Source: the human T2T-CHM13v2.0 reference genome, Homo sapiens. Taken from it: DNA of 64,000 nucleotides. The stretch lies in NCBI RefSeq assembly GCF_009914755.1, contig NC_060925.1. One strand, written 5' to 3'. A program made the position numbers and the translations under genes. The notes below the pieces were generated by a model that saw only the letters and a list, made by a program, of their open reading frames with translations, did not search any database and was not told the DNA's origin. Shown piece by piece: positions 27,191-42,255 of the stretch (position 1 is the stretch's first letter; every line of letters begins with the position of its first letter).

Positions 27191-27639
27191 AATGCATATA
27201 AGCACGTCCCTGCTGCTTTATTTGTGTCAGAACAGCGGATTGTTAAGCACAATCTTAATGTTTTGTTCTTAGACTGCTTTGTTGACAAACCTTATGATTT
27301 ATTTAAAATGTGCCACGATTTTTCCTTTCTAGCTGCAGTGTTACAGTTGTTCATCATAGGAATTTCAAGAAAATGTCCAGATAGCTGCAATTTCCAAACC
27401 ACAGGTTACTAATATAACATCACAAATGCTAAAAATAAAAATATTAATATCTGTGTATAAAGATGATTAACAATAAAAGATCATATGTAAGACTTCCAAA
27501 GAAAGGAAAGTCGTGGTTTGAATTTTTGATGAGACTGGAAAATGAAGGTAGATATTCAAAATATAGAATTTGAAATCTGTATTTTATAATCAGAAGAATA
27601 AGCTATGAAGTCAGGTTTCTTTAAATAATTAAGTGTTTT

Positions 27640-27790
27640 GAGTTTTCCTTTTCTCTCTCTCATTTCTTTATCTACTTCTCTAATTCTCTCTTTCTCTTTC
27701 TTTCTCCTCTTTCTCATCTTTCTTTTTTCTCTTTCCTCCCCCTCACCTTTATTTCCCCTTTCCTTTCTCCTCTCCCTCCTCCTTTTTCTT
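27640..27790. repeat. CT-rich low-complexity tract
   Basis: tctc/ttcc runs. Confidence 0.7.
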
Positions 27791-28029
27791 CTGTTACCCA
27801 GAAATCTCCTACTTTGCAGTAGATTTCCCTATAGACCCAGGCATACTTATTCAACAGCATTCTATTTTCATTGCTAGTTAGTGATGATCAGAGGTTAATT
27901 TTTTTATGATTACTTTTATTTTCTTAATCACTACCTGCTCTAATAGAATAATTATTGTTAGTTTTTAAATAACTGTTGAGGCTTAATGTTGAAACAGCAA
28001 ATTTAATCTTAAATTTAAAACAAAAAATA

Positions 28030-29110
<1,081 letters not shown>

Positions 29111-29487
29111 AAACTTTTGTTTTAAGAGTAGTGGTGAATGTTTTCCCCAGCCTAGGATGTTCTACATGTCTGAACTGATAAGCACTCTGCAAAATATTTG
29201 AGAAGAGCCCTTGGCATACCTTCAGAGTTCTCTTTCCATGTAGCTCTCTCCTCTTTGTTACTCCCTTCTACTAGATTTGGTCTATTCTGCCTACTGCCTG
29301 GGTATCCTCAGACACCTTGCTCCATATTCTTTATCCAAGGAGTTCATTGGGTTCTAACTGGGTTTCTTCTCCTTGTGGTATGGCCTGAATATTCTCTCAA
29401 GGCAGTGAGCTGGTACAATTGCAATTACAGGTTTCTCCAAGATTGCTTCTCTCAAGGAACCATTGTTTGTTGCATGACATTGAAAAC

Positions 29488-29674
29488 AAGAACTAAAAGT
29501 AGATCTACCATTTGACCCAGCAATCTCATTACTGGGTACCTACCCAGAGGAAAAGAAGTCATTATATGAAAAAGACACTTGCACATGCATATGTTTAGCA
29601 GCATGATTTGCATTTGCAAAAACATGGAACCAGCCCAAATGCCTATTAACCAACAAGTGGATAAAGAAAATGTG

Positions 29675-29713
<39 letters not shown>

Positions 29714-30082
29714 ATGGAATACTACTCACTACTCAGCCATGAAAAGAACAGAATAATCTCATTTCCAGCAAGGGTGGAGTTGGAGACCGTTATTCTAACT
29801 GAAGTAAATCAGAAATGGAAAACCAAACATCATATGTTCTCACTTATAAGTGGGAGCTAAGCTATAAGAATGCAAAGGCATAAGAATGACACAGTGGAAT
29901 TTGGAGACTTGGGGGCATGGGTGAGGGTAGGGTGGGGGATAGAAGACTCTACATTGGGCACAGTGTACACTACTCAGATGATAGGTGCATCGAAATCTCA
30001 AATATCACCACTAAAGAACTTATCCATGTAACAAAACACCACCTGTTCCCCAAAAACCTATTGAAATACATTTTTTTAAAAT
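29488..30082 (+). mobile_element. L1PB 3' end
   Basis: aagaactaaaagtagatctaccatttga...cccagaggaaaagaagtcattata...aaatatcaccactaaagaacttatccatgtaac; contains a (CA)n. Confidence 0.9.
29676..29712. repeat. (CA)n microsatellite
   Basis: ~18 perfect CA units. Confidence 0.95.
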
Positions 30083-30085
30083 AGT

Positions 30086-31295
<1,210 letters not shown>

Positions 31296-31394
31296 TTAAA
31301 AGAAAATCACCTCAGTAATTAACAACTACTTTGGGACAGATACTTCAATGTTATATAAATACCCTGTTTCTTCAAGTTAAGTGTTTTCAAAGCC

Positions 31395-31684
31395 TTTTTT
31401 TTTCTGTTGGAATCTCGCTATGTCACCCAAGCTGGAGTGCAGTGGCGCCATCTAGGCTCACTGCAAGCTCCGCCTCCTGGGTTCACGCCATTCTCCTGCC
31501 TCTGCCTCCTGAGTAGCTGGGACTACAGGTGCCAGCCACCACGCCCAGCTAATTTTTTATATTTTTAGTAGAGACGGGGTTTCATTGTGTTAGCCAAGAT
31601 GGTCTCGATCTCCTGACCTTGTGATCCACCTGCCTTGGCCTCCCAAAGTGCTGGGATTACAGGCGTGAGCCACCACACCCGGCC
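31395..31684 (-). mobile_element. AluY, full length
   Basis: gcaagctccgcctcctgggttcacgccattctc; degenerate TSD tcaaa(a)gcc(a)tttt. Confidence 0.93.
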
Positions 31685-31892
31685 CTCAAAAGCCATTTTT
31701 ATATTTACCATTACATGTGACATCACAAGAATCCTTTCCTCCATAAATAAACAGAACTTGAAAAAAAGAGGAAATCATTGTTTTGTATATTTTGCCCCTG
31801 TATTTGGTTAAGTGGGAGAATAAATCCAGTCTCTGTTTTTCCATCTTGGCCCAAAGCAGAAATCTTTCTCATTATTTGTGTTGTTTTATGAT

Positions 31893-31893
31893 C

Positions 31894-31926
<33 letters not shown>
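31893..31926. repeat. (CA)n microsatellite, imperfect
   Basis: CA run with one interruption. Confidence 0.9.
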
Positions 31927-34900
31927 ATTATCCAAGGCTTTATATTTTATCTTCTTTCCTTTTCTCTTTCCATTCTATGCTATCTTTGTGATATCTCCTA
32001 TGTTCTCTCAGTTTTAACTACTAACTCTCAACTTACATCATAGGAATTAGAGAATGGTTAAAAATAGTTTCAAATTGGAGTCCTTAGTATATCTGTGATT
32101 TTTACTATTTCCATAGAACTATTCAAACATTGGTGCTAAGAACACCCAAATGGAGCTCCTCAGGTGAGAAAGACAGGATCTCAGCCATTTCCATAGTCAA
32201 GAGTCCTCCACTTATCACAGACAGCCCTTCTTTTTGAAGCCCTAGTTTTTGAAAAAATACTGAAGTTTTAATCCCTAATCTAAGTGTGTCCTACTCTATG
32301 AAGACGACTGACATGATAAATTTCTATGTGATCCCAATAATAACATTGAAATACTTTTTTTATAAAGGAAAATTTACATATAAAATTAAATATTACTAAG
32401 GACAAAGTTAATAGTTATTTATTGTAAGACAGTTTAAGTGCTTCCTTACAGTAGGAAGAGATCTGTCTCTTTAAAAAAAAAAAATTTGCTTTAACAAACT
32501 TATCCTTACCCAGGACTGAGCCTTGAAGATCGAGGGATGAATAAACCTATCTCTTACCTTGGTGAAGATACTTGAATCATGGTGGTTGTTAAGACAATTT
32601 TTGTTGAGTAAAAGAAAAATTCTGATTTTTGTTTGAGGAGACATGGATTTCAATCTTCATTCTGAGGAGAGGAGATATATCTCTACTGTGACATAAAATT
32701 ATTGCTATGTCTGGTGACAAATATGAAAATATTAGTTATGTTTTTTGGTTATGTTTGCTAGTGAAGAAAATGCCAAAATTCAGGAAATACTACTGTTTAA
32801 GACCCAATCAATGCTGCAATTCCCTTAGATAACTGTTGGTTGGAAGGTCAAGCTAAACTAAGGGAAGGAGTTTAGGAAGTTGAACTACATTGATTTAGGG
32901 AAATGCTAGAGTTATTTTTTGTTTTTGTTTTGTGTTGTCTTTTCATGATGATGCTCACATTTTATTAGAAATGACCTTTCCCCTTTGAATTTAATGGGTA
33001 ACTCTTGCTTCTGACTATTAGCATTAGGACTGGGGATAACAAAATTTTTAATTAATTGATTATAAAAATATTTGTATACACAACACATTGAGAAGGAAAA
33101 TGAGTTAGTTACAAACTCCACCAAAGCGAATACTTTGGTGGAACCCTCCCAGACAAAATGCACAATAATCATGTTGCAAATTATAGCCCTTCGTTATCTG
33201 GTTACATACAATATAGGAATTGTAGGTAGTGATTCATTCTTTGAATCCCCTGTCTAAATGAGAAAATAAAATAGCTTCTCTTTTTCCATTTTTTATCTTG
33301 TCTAAAATTATGTGTTCACAGCTTCCACCATAAATGTAAACACTAGATATTGTCATGTTTGTTGGTTTAATGTTTTTATAATTTTAACTTTTTTTATTAT
33401 TACTGTTTTTCAACTGTTTGAACATACCTTGGAGTAGTGATTTTTTTTTTCTTTTTTCTAAAGCAGCATGTTCTTCTGTGATGCATTCAAGGTCACAGTC
33501 TCTCTACCCTTGCCTGCTGTACATAGACAGAGCAATAAAACAGGTAATACTCTTACTCAATTGAGGTGCAGATCTTATTTCTGCTGAACATCTGTGCAGA
33601 CTGAATCTCCATATTATACCCTAAACACCAATTTTTTGGTAATATTATCAACTTCGCCTCTTTGCATTTTTATTTACATTGATATGACTCAATTGGGATA
33701 TGCTGTTGTTGAGGCATGCATAATTTTTAATGACATAAAGTGTAGGAAAAACCATACCAATATTAGAAAAATGTCAGCTTGAAGCAATACAATTTCTAAT
33801 AAAAAACAACTTAGAGAGGAAATAAATATTAGAAAATAAGCTGCTTCTCTATTTAAAGAGTCACACTTAGGGAAAAAAATGAATCATCATGTCATAATGA
33901 AAACAGATCATTTTCTGTGATATTAGAACCATGCCTCTTCTCAGCCTTTGCTCTTTTCTAAAGACTTCATTTCACTGCAATGTTGATTTCTAAAATAGAC
34001 AAATTAGAATTATATAAACCAAAGGCAATAAGCATCAATAGGGAAAGAGGTAGCAAGCTTAGCAAAATACATATTATTATTTCCAGGCTGATAAATATTT
34101 AAATTTTTTTTGAATTAGAACTTATTTATTTTCAGGCTTAGAACATTGAGATAAACACAGCTTATGAGTGGAACACATCTCATTCATTTGTTTTTTTTTC
34201 TTGATGATGAGTATGAGTAAGTGTATTTGTAATGGATGCAAGGACACATAAATGAAGTAGTTGAGTAAAACTTTTAGAACATTTAGTGTATTATTAATTC
34301 CTGCTGCCCCTTTTACTGGATAGACAACTGATCCCTCAATTATTTTCTTTTCACAGATGCAAAAAGGTGTGACAAAGCTTCAGTCTACTGTTTTTCTCCT
34401 TATAATACTAACTATATAAACTGTCACTTATGGTCCAAAAAGAAAAACATAATTTATCTTGATTACTTGTTCAATAATATTATTTTCTGTTACATACAAA
34501 CATGTACATGCACACAAAATCAGAAAAAATAGGAGCTTTGTTTTTTGAAAATGATACTCAAATAAAGATGAAATGCCTTTTAAAATTCACTGGTATTTTT
34601 TTCCTAAAGGAGAAGCTTTATGCTTAGTCAATACTTCTCACATAGTAGATACTAAATTAATATTCAGTATGAGAGGGGATAAATTAATATTTTCTCTGAA
34701 ATCTTTTCAAACACCTTCAGGGAAATCCTCTGTGCTCTCATGATGCTTAATTCATAATGGTCATTTGACTGGATCAGTGCCATGTAATGGAGATATGGGA
34801 ACTTCAGATTGGACCATAAGCTAATGGCATCAATATGCTGTTTTTAATTTAGATTTTGCAGCTTGACTGAGATGTGGAACACTTTGCCAGAGAAATGCAC

Positions 34901-35847
34901 TGAAGAAAATTATAAAATTGAAAACAAAATTTCTATGAGAAAAACCTAATGTAATTAGTCAACTGTGTTTTAGTGGGTATAACTGCAAATGTGTATGAGT
35001 GCAAGGTATTTAATGACAATGAAATCTGTGATTGTGAAGTCAGCCCTAAAGAGACAGTGCCACATGCTTATATTGTATAATTTTGGGGGCCCTGGTGAAA
35101 AATAAATCAGTATTAAATAACAATTAAGCAGTAAAGTTATTTTTATTGATCAATTTAAGCAGTTGTTTGTTAGGTTTCAAATAAATATTTTGAGCTCTAA
35201 AGCTATTGATTGTCATACATTTTAAGTTACTAAACTTATGGTTAATTAACAAGGCAATATTTTACTTTTCTGCAGCAAAGCAACATAAGATGTAAAATGA
35301 TTTATTTTTTTTCTGCCATAAAGGCTTCTGATTATCACTATTGCATGAACTGCATTTTACGGCTATGCCTTAAAAAGCTACTTAAAATTTATCCAGTTAA
35401 GAAAATAACACACTATAGTGTTTCTTTCAAAGGCACTGAATAAGTCAGTGAGACATGCTACTTATTCATCAGTTGAGATCCTTCTGGGAGAGTGGTGGCA
35501 TAAAAATAAATAAATAAAACTTCACACTGATAACAAAGACAGTGACATAAACCAAACAGATCCCATGATTTACCAATATAGCATGTTAAAAATGAGAATT
35601 AAATAAATATTCCACATAGATTTTATTTCTGTCTCTACGAAAATAAACAGTCATACTTGACTGTGGTCACTGACATTTTTCAATGTTACAGGCCATTTTC
35701 CTATGCTAGAGAGTGGGTTGGGATTTTCTAAGTAGAGATGTTTGCAGATTTTACGGAGTAATAAAATATTCAATGAATAGATTATAAAGCACTTGATAAA
35801 ATTTTAGAGGCATATAAATACTAAGACATGTAGTCCCTTGAGAAAAA

Positions 35848-35850
<3 letters not shown>

Positions 35851-35886
<36 letters not shown>

Positions 35887-35905
35887 CACACACACACACG
35901 CACAC
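35851..35905. repeat. (CA)n microsatellite, imperfect
   Basis: ~55 bp CA run with two interruptions. Confidence 0.95.
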
Positions 35906-36294
35906 TCTAAACTTACAGCAGCTTTGTTGGTCTTTTTTTGATGGGGGAAGGAGTAAAAGGGGGCAGCGAGCAGGGAGAAAATACAAAATAGAAAAGGAAA
36001 ATGCAGATGGGATGTTTTAAAGCAGTTTGCACACTTCCAGAAGTACAGAAATAATTATAGATCTTTTGGCAAATAACTGACTTTCTCTGAGATCTCCTTT
36101 ATTATTATTATCAAATAATAATTGAAACTATTATTTAACATTTTTAAAAGAAAAGTACTATTTTAATGTTATAAGTAATTGGTAAAAATTCTCATTTCTT
36201 CTGTTGTTTTGATTTTTTCTACTGACAATTTTATCTTAGACTCATTGTCTGCCATCTCTCCTCATGGTTTTAATGTCATTTACCGAAAGGCCTA

Positions 36295-36425
36295 GTGCCA
36301 ATTGCATGCAAATCTATAGCTTGTTTTTGTGCTTATGTAAATTAATATTAAAACATAGAACTTGCTGAAGTTTGTATGTAATGCCGAAAATACATATTTA
36401 AGATGCAGAGAAAACCGCCCAGGGA
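36295..36425 (+). promoter_or_regulatory. Candidate promoter/enhancer motif cluster
   Basis: Octamer ATGCAAAT 36306-36313 overlapping palindrome TTGCATGCAA; ATGTAAAT ~36335; TATA-like TATTTAAG 36395-36402; GC-box CCGCCC 36415-36420; lies in unique DNA. Confidence 0.35.
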
Positions 36426-36603
36426 GCAGGAGATCGGAAGGTTCTTTGCAGAGTGCACTGTCAGAAGGGTGGCAGACAGGTCCTTTGAAGCTAATATACT
36501 CAAATTTCCTGGAGCTGCTGCCGTCTTCCACAGGAGCAGCCTCTGAATAAGAAATATTTCTGTCTAATCCTGCTGAAGACAGATAAGTCTACCAATTGAA
36601 ACT
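36421..36603 (+). other. Candidate non-coding first exon (5' boundary uncertain)
   Basis: Locally GC-richer unique segment downstream of the motif cluster, ending at donor ACT|GTAAGT. Confidence 0.3.
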
Positions 36604-38079
36604 GTAAGTCCTGACAGCCAATGGCATTGGTTTTGTAATAGCAAAAGACTGATGCTGAAATATCAGAAATGGAACAGCATTCTCTGACAGCAAGAAACTA
36701 ACATGTTTGACAAGAAATTGGGACCATGATCATTTCTAGTCAAACAAGGTGTCTGTTCATTCAAAGCATCAAATTTACCTTTATTTCCAAAGATAAAGAT
36801 TCATTTCATTATTGACATGTTCTTTTTACACCTCATCAAGTTAAAAAACTTAGAGGCACATATGTTTGATACATTCTATCTGGGTAACAACTTCTGTTAT
36901 TTTTCTTTTAATAAAGATGATAATAAAAATAATACAATCTTTCCCACATTGTGCTCAGTCATAATGCCACACCCATTTATTAAATATGCTCCATTTAACC
37001 AAGTGTCTTCATATTTCAGATTTTAAATAAGTTTTCATTCCAATAACCATCAAATTTGAGCTCCTTTTAGATCTTCCCCCTCCCTCATTTTATCTTATAA
37101 CCCATCCAGTTGTAACCCATTAGTCTTAAATGCCTTTTTGATAGATTAGATTATGGATTGGCTTGATACAAGCCATAAAACAGAAACCGTTTTAAAATGT
37201 GGTACCGGAAAATTAGCTAAACTTTAGTGAATGAATAAAATGGAACTCATCTACTATTTGTCTATTATTAAATGTAGGTAGCACTGATTTTGTGTAATCC
37301 CCTTGGGCATTTTTCTCCAAGGTTTAGTAAATTGCAAATTAATTTATTGGAATCAAAGCAATGCTATTTGGAGCAGAATTTTGTTACATGGAAAAGGCTT
37401 AGAGATTCTTTCCAAGAGTTTTAAGAACATATGTTAAACAAATTCCAAATGGATAGTAAACTTTATTTTATATATTAGTGCTTATTTATTAAATGTTATT
37501 ACAATGAATGGCATTTACTTTTAATTTGTCAGCTATCTCTAAATTAAAAAACTACATAAATATTCTTCAGTTAACTCTGCTCTTAATAGTTTCTTAAAAA
37601 TGAACTCTGATAAGTACTGTTTTTATCAATAGTTACAAAGGTATCTTCATATGCATATAGACAAACATACACACATACACTAATATGTTGGCAGGGTGCA
37701 AATTTAAGGTATAATGAAATAGAACTTTAACATAGTTTACATCTTATTTACAATTTTGGCAGTCATATAATATTTTATAAACAATGAGAAAACAAACCAT
37801 TAACAAAAATTCTCTTTTCCTAATCATGAGTGTCAACTCAATTACATTATTTTATGAGCATAATTTGTACAACAAATCCAATTCCAGAAATGCAGCATTT
37901 CTAAAATAGGTATTGTGAAACATAGGTAATCTGCATTTGTTTACATTCTTTAATATTTAATTCTATTTTTGCCAACAGCATTGTTAGGTCTATGATTTGA
38001 GAAGAAATCAGTAAAATGTTAAGTTACTATAAATTAGTTATATTTTAAGAATGTTTTTTAGTTGTAAATGATATATATT

Positions 38080-38290
38080 CTACGGATAGGGCTTGGTCTT
38101 GGGAGTCAGTAAGTATAACTGAAAATCAAGATTCTACAATGCATTAGTTCCCTGTCTCCTTATAGTAATAATTCTAAATCTCATTTTTCCTATCTGCAAA
38201 ATTGGTGTGTTAGTAGCTTTACTCTGAACCTAACCTGTATTCACTAGAGGAATTTAATATAAGTGTGAAGATGTGGCATGAGGGAAAAGA
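38080..38290 (+). mobile_element. MIR SINE, diverged
   Basis: ggatagggcttggtcttgggagtcag...tctcatttttcctatctgcaaaattgg. Confidence 0.55.
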
Positions 38291-39379
38291 ATGGAACAAA
38301 TCCCAAGAAAAACTTTAGGTACATGTCTTGTTTAGTCAAAATGGTTACAACAAGAAAATGCAAATAGTTTCATTTTTATGCTAATTGTTTTCATACTAAT
38401 CTTTTTGTCCAGTTACCCTGATGTGATGCTGAATGCCTAGTAGTTGGCTACAATAAAATAGGGAATATCTGACTTGCAGATAGATCTCTGAAATACTCTA
38501 AGCACAAAATGGCAAAATTTGGGGACCAAGGTTGGGGTAAAACATGGTTGAATTTCAACAAGCTATTTCAATAATGTACAGGTTTGATCAGACTGTTTTA
38601 GGGGAAATATTCAGTTTTTTTTTTCACCCAACACTTACACCTCATGCCTGTTTTAGGTCAGGAAATGTGCTTAAGATGAACACCATTGAATAAAATATAG
38701 TCTTTGCTTTTAATAACGTCACACTGTGGTTATGTTATATAACAATAAACATATAAATAGAGATAGTCACTCAACGATCTGTTTTCCCATAGTGCTAATT
38801 TGATAATTCAGAGATAGTTTGAAAATTTTGAAGAAGCTAGGGAAGCTTTCACAGAAGGAAAGGCCCATTATGTGTAGTAGGAGTCAGGAAAGAAGGAAAA
38901 TGTTTTGTACAATAGGGTGCCTTTCTGCTTCTCCTGTAGACTATGAGGGAATTTTGAAAAGAAAGAAGTGAAAGAATAGAAAGGAAGTAGGACTCCCCTT
39001 GCTAGAACCTACAGTGAAGATATTATCTGGTTAATTGTCTCTACATTTCTAGTTACTTTGTAACTCTAACTCTGGATGACCTTGTTCAAGAGGTTTAATT
39101 CTTTTCCTCATTTTTCTGAAAGTGCATGGCCTTTAACAAACCTGTGGAAAAATAGACCTTGACTTGACTCTTCTTTGTAAGTAGTGTTTCATTTTTACTG
39201 CTACTCCTACCACCTCTAGCTACCATTAAATCAGCATCATCACTACTGCTGCTCATTTTAATATAAAGAATTAATTGGACAAACTCTTTATTGGTACTTT
39301 TCCTGTACTACAGTCTCAAATACTATGCTTCACTTAGAATTTTTCATAAGTTTCTATGGTTTCAGTTATCACCAGTGAC

Positions 39380-42255
39380 TTCCAATATTGTATCAGTTGG
39401 CTTGAGCTTTAGACACAGGCTTCAGGCTGTGCACCGGATGTCAGCCTGTGGATGTACTACGGGCATCTCAAACGTCACATCTTCCAGGCCAAACATAGTA
39501 TTCATCACCCTCTATTCACTATATCCATTCTGCCACCTAATTCTGTCAAGTATATTTTTAAGTAAATATTATTATCTTTTTTTCTCTTGCTTTTATTTAT
39601 GGAACTCCTGACCTTATTATTTTTGCCTCAGTGATTATACTAGTTTTTCCCATTTACTTTAATTATTACAAAATGCTTAGTTTCCTAATCCCCACAGGGC
39701 TCTCTAATTCTTTTGTCAACCCCATTTTTCATGATGGAAAAAGAAGTCACTTCAGTTTAAATCTCATCCCCAGACTACATCTCCCAGTTGCCCTTCTTTA
39801 GCATATTTTTCTACTGACTCCGAGCATACATCTTCCCTTTCATTCCTTGAAGATTTTAGCAGCTGTCTCCATGTTGACCCTCAACATCCTCCCTGCCACA
39901 TTACTTGATTTCAATATCCAGATACATTGTGTTTATTAGGGCTTCTTCTAACAGTTCTTTGACTTTCTTCCTGAATACCGATTAATCTACTTATATTGAA
40001 TAGCTCAATCCTATCTATAATGAGGCCTGAGATTTGTCATTAACAATAATTTCAACTTCTCCATAATCTCAATTTCTAGCACACAGATGTCCATCTACTA
40101 TATTGCTAGGTGACTTCTTAACCTCTGATTTCACCAGTTGTTTGAACCTGCCAGGCATGTAATTTATCCTTTCATTATTCCTCATATCTTAAGACTTTTC
40201 TTGCCCTCCTTTGCCAGTTTAAATTACTATACTCTCAAAGCTATTACTATTCTCTCCATTACACTAACTTGCCTGGCAAAACCTCAATGCTAGCGAAAAA
40301 AAAATACAGTTTCTACCCACTGTTTGCCTGTACCATCACAGATGAATGTAGCTGGAGGCAAAAAAAAAAAAAAAAATCACACAACAATCTGATTATTGTT
40401 TCTTTATATTAAGATCACTAACTTCAAATGTGCTTTAATCCATTCACTCTCCTATTCTCCGCAATGATTCGGTCATAGTTTCACATTCCCACTCAATCCT
40501 CCAGTATCTCCTCTCCCATTACTTCCAGCTGATTACCTAGATCTTATTTCAGAGTTACAGTAGAAGCGATTTTAAAAAGGCCTTCACAAACATCCACTAT
40601 TACATCTACTTACCTGTGACAACATCTATACACTCTCTGCCTTCCTGTTACTGACGCCAAACTGCTTGAGTAGCTACCTAAGGCCAACAGCTTCACTTGT
40701 GCACATCTCTTTTCTATTCAGGGACATCTCATCATCTACTCTAACTTCTACTTGCTATTTACATCAGCATTCAAGCACGCTTAAATTTCTTGTAAGCTAA
40801 AGACAATCATCTCTTTATGACATATCTTCTACACCTCAATTATTTGACTTTCTTGACAATGACAACCCTCAGAATTGGTCAAGGTCTCCATTCTACCCCT
40901 CTCTCCTTCTTTCTTGAAACGACTTTAATCAGGTTCTTTACCCCTGTCCTTTCAGTGAAATGAGTCTTTTAAAACTCACCAATAATCTCCATGATATTCA
41001 ATCTTATGGTCAATTTTAAGTCCTCATTCATTGGATCTCTTAGAAGCATTAATGAGCAGCATTAATCACCTCCTCCATTAAAGCAATCTCACCACTCTGC
41101 TTTCTGGAGCCCATATTCTCATTTATAGTTCTATTCTCATGTCTTTTTTTACATTTTTTTTCCTTTTTTTTTTTCTTATTTCCTTGCTACAGCCATCAGA
41201 CTCTTCTGTTTTTGTTTTATAACCTTTCCTGGCAATGTCATCTGGCTTCATAGCTGTAAACACCATCAATATGCTGTGAACCTCCAAATTTTATCTTCAG
41301 CCTAGATTTCCCTCCTGCACTCCACACCTGTATGCTTTGCGGCCTATTTGACTTCTCCACTTGCATGTCCAATGGGCATCTCAAACATAGCACATCCCTT
41401 CTATGCACCCTCCTGGTACTGCCTGCTGCTCCTGCAATTGTTCTCAACTTGATTTGTAAACACATCCCACACCTTTTTCCCCCTATATTTCTCTTGTCCA
41501 GAATCCTAAAGTCATCAATTTTATCTCCTACTTACCAACACATCTGTTGGTATAGATCATCTGCAAATCTTGTCAGTTGGATCATTTTTCACCCTTCCGT
41601 TGATATCATCAGGTCCAAAGTACAATTGTTCCTCACGCTGATTATTGTGGTAATATTCTAGTTGTTCTTCTACTTTATGCCTTGTTTCCCAGTTCAGTCT
41701 GTTTTCAGCACAGCAACCCTATAATTTTGTTTTTGAAATACACATAAAACCATATTACTCCCTTGCTCAAAATTATCCATGGATATGGAATATCCACGGA
41801 TATTGGAAAAATGATATATTTTCCATTTAGTACCAAAGTTCTTACACTGGTCTAGGTTATCTGGCTCCCACTCACGTCTTTGATCTTACCTCTCCCATTG
41901 CTATGCATTTGCTTACTCTATTCTTAGTCCTTTGTCCTGCACTTGCTCTTTCAAATGTTTACTCAAATATTGCCTTCTCTATAAGGCCTTCCCGGATCAG
42001 AGTATTTCAAATTTCAGCACTCCACACTTATCTTCTGTGCTTTCTTTCTTTTTAGTAATATTATTTATTGCTATCTGATATACTGTACATTTCACTTATG
42101 GATTTGTGATTCATTTCACCTTCATCTCTGCTGACCACTACACATTTAGAATGGAAGCCCCATGAGGGCAGGAGTTTTTATTTTGTGTACTTATATCTAT
42201 ACTCTTCCTGTAGATACTCATTTACTGTTTATTGAATACATAAATTAATAAAGAA
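39380..42255 (+). mobile_element. Long L2 (L2a-like) remnant, including ORF2 region and 3' end
   Basis: ttgacttctccacttgcatgtccaatgggcatctcaaacat; ttagaatggaagccccatgagggcagg; terminal tactcatttactgtttattgaata. Confidence 0.7.

Noticed and set aside
29910-29940. G-quadruplex-like G runs (also at ~2614-2639)
   Set aside because: Standard G-rich tract of L1 3' UTRs
41774-41803. Duplicated palindrome tatcca(t/c)ggata
   Set aside because: Tiny local duplication inside L2; no sign of function
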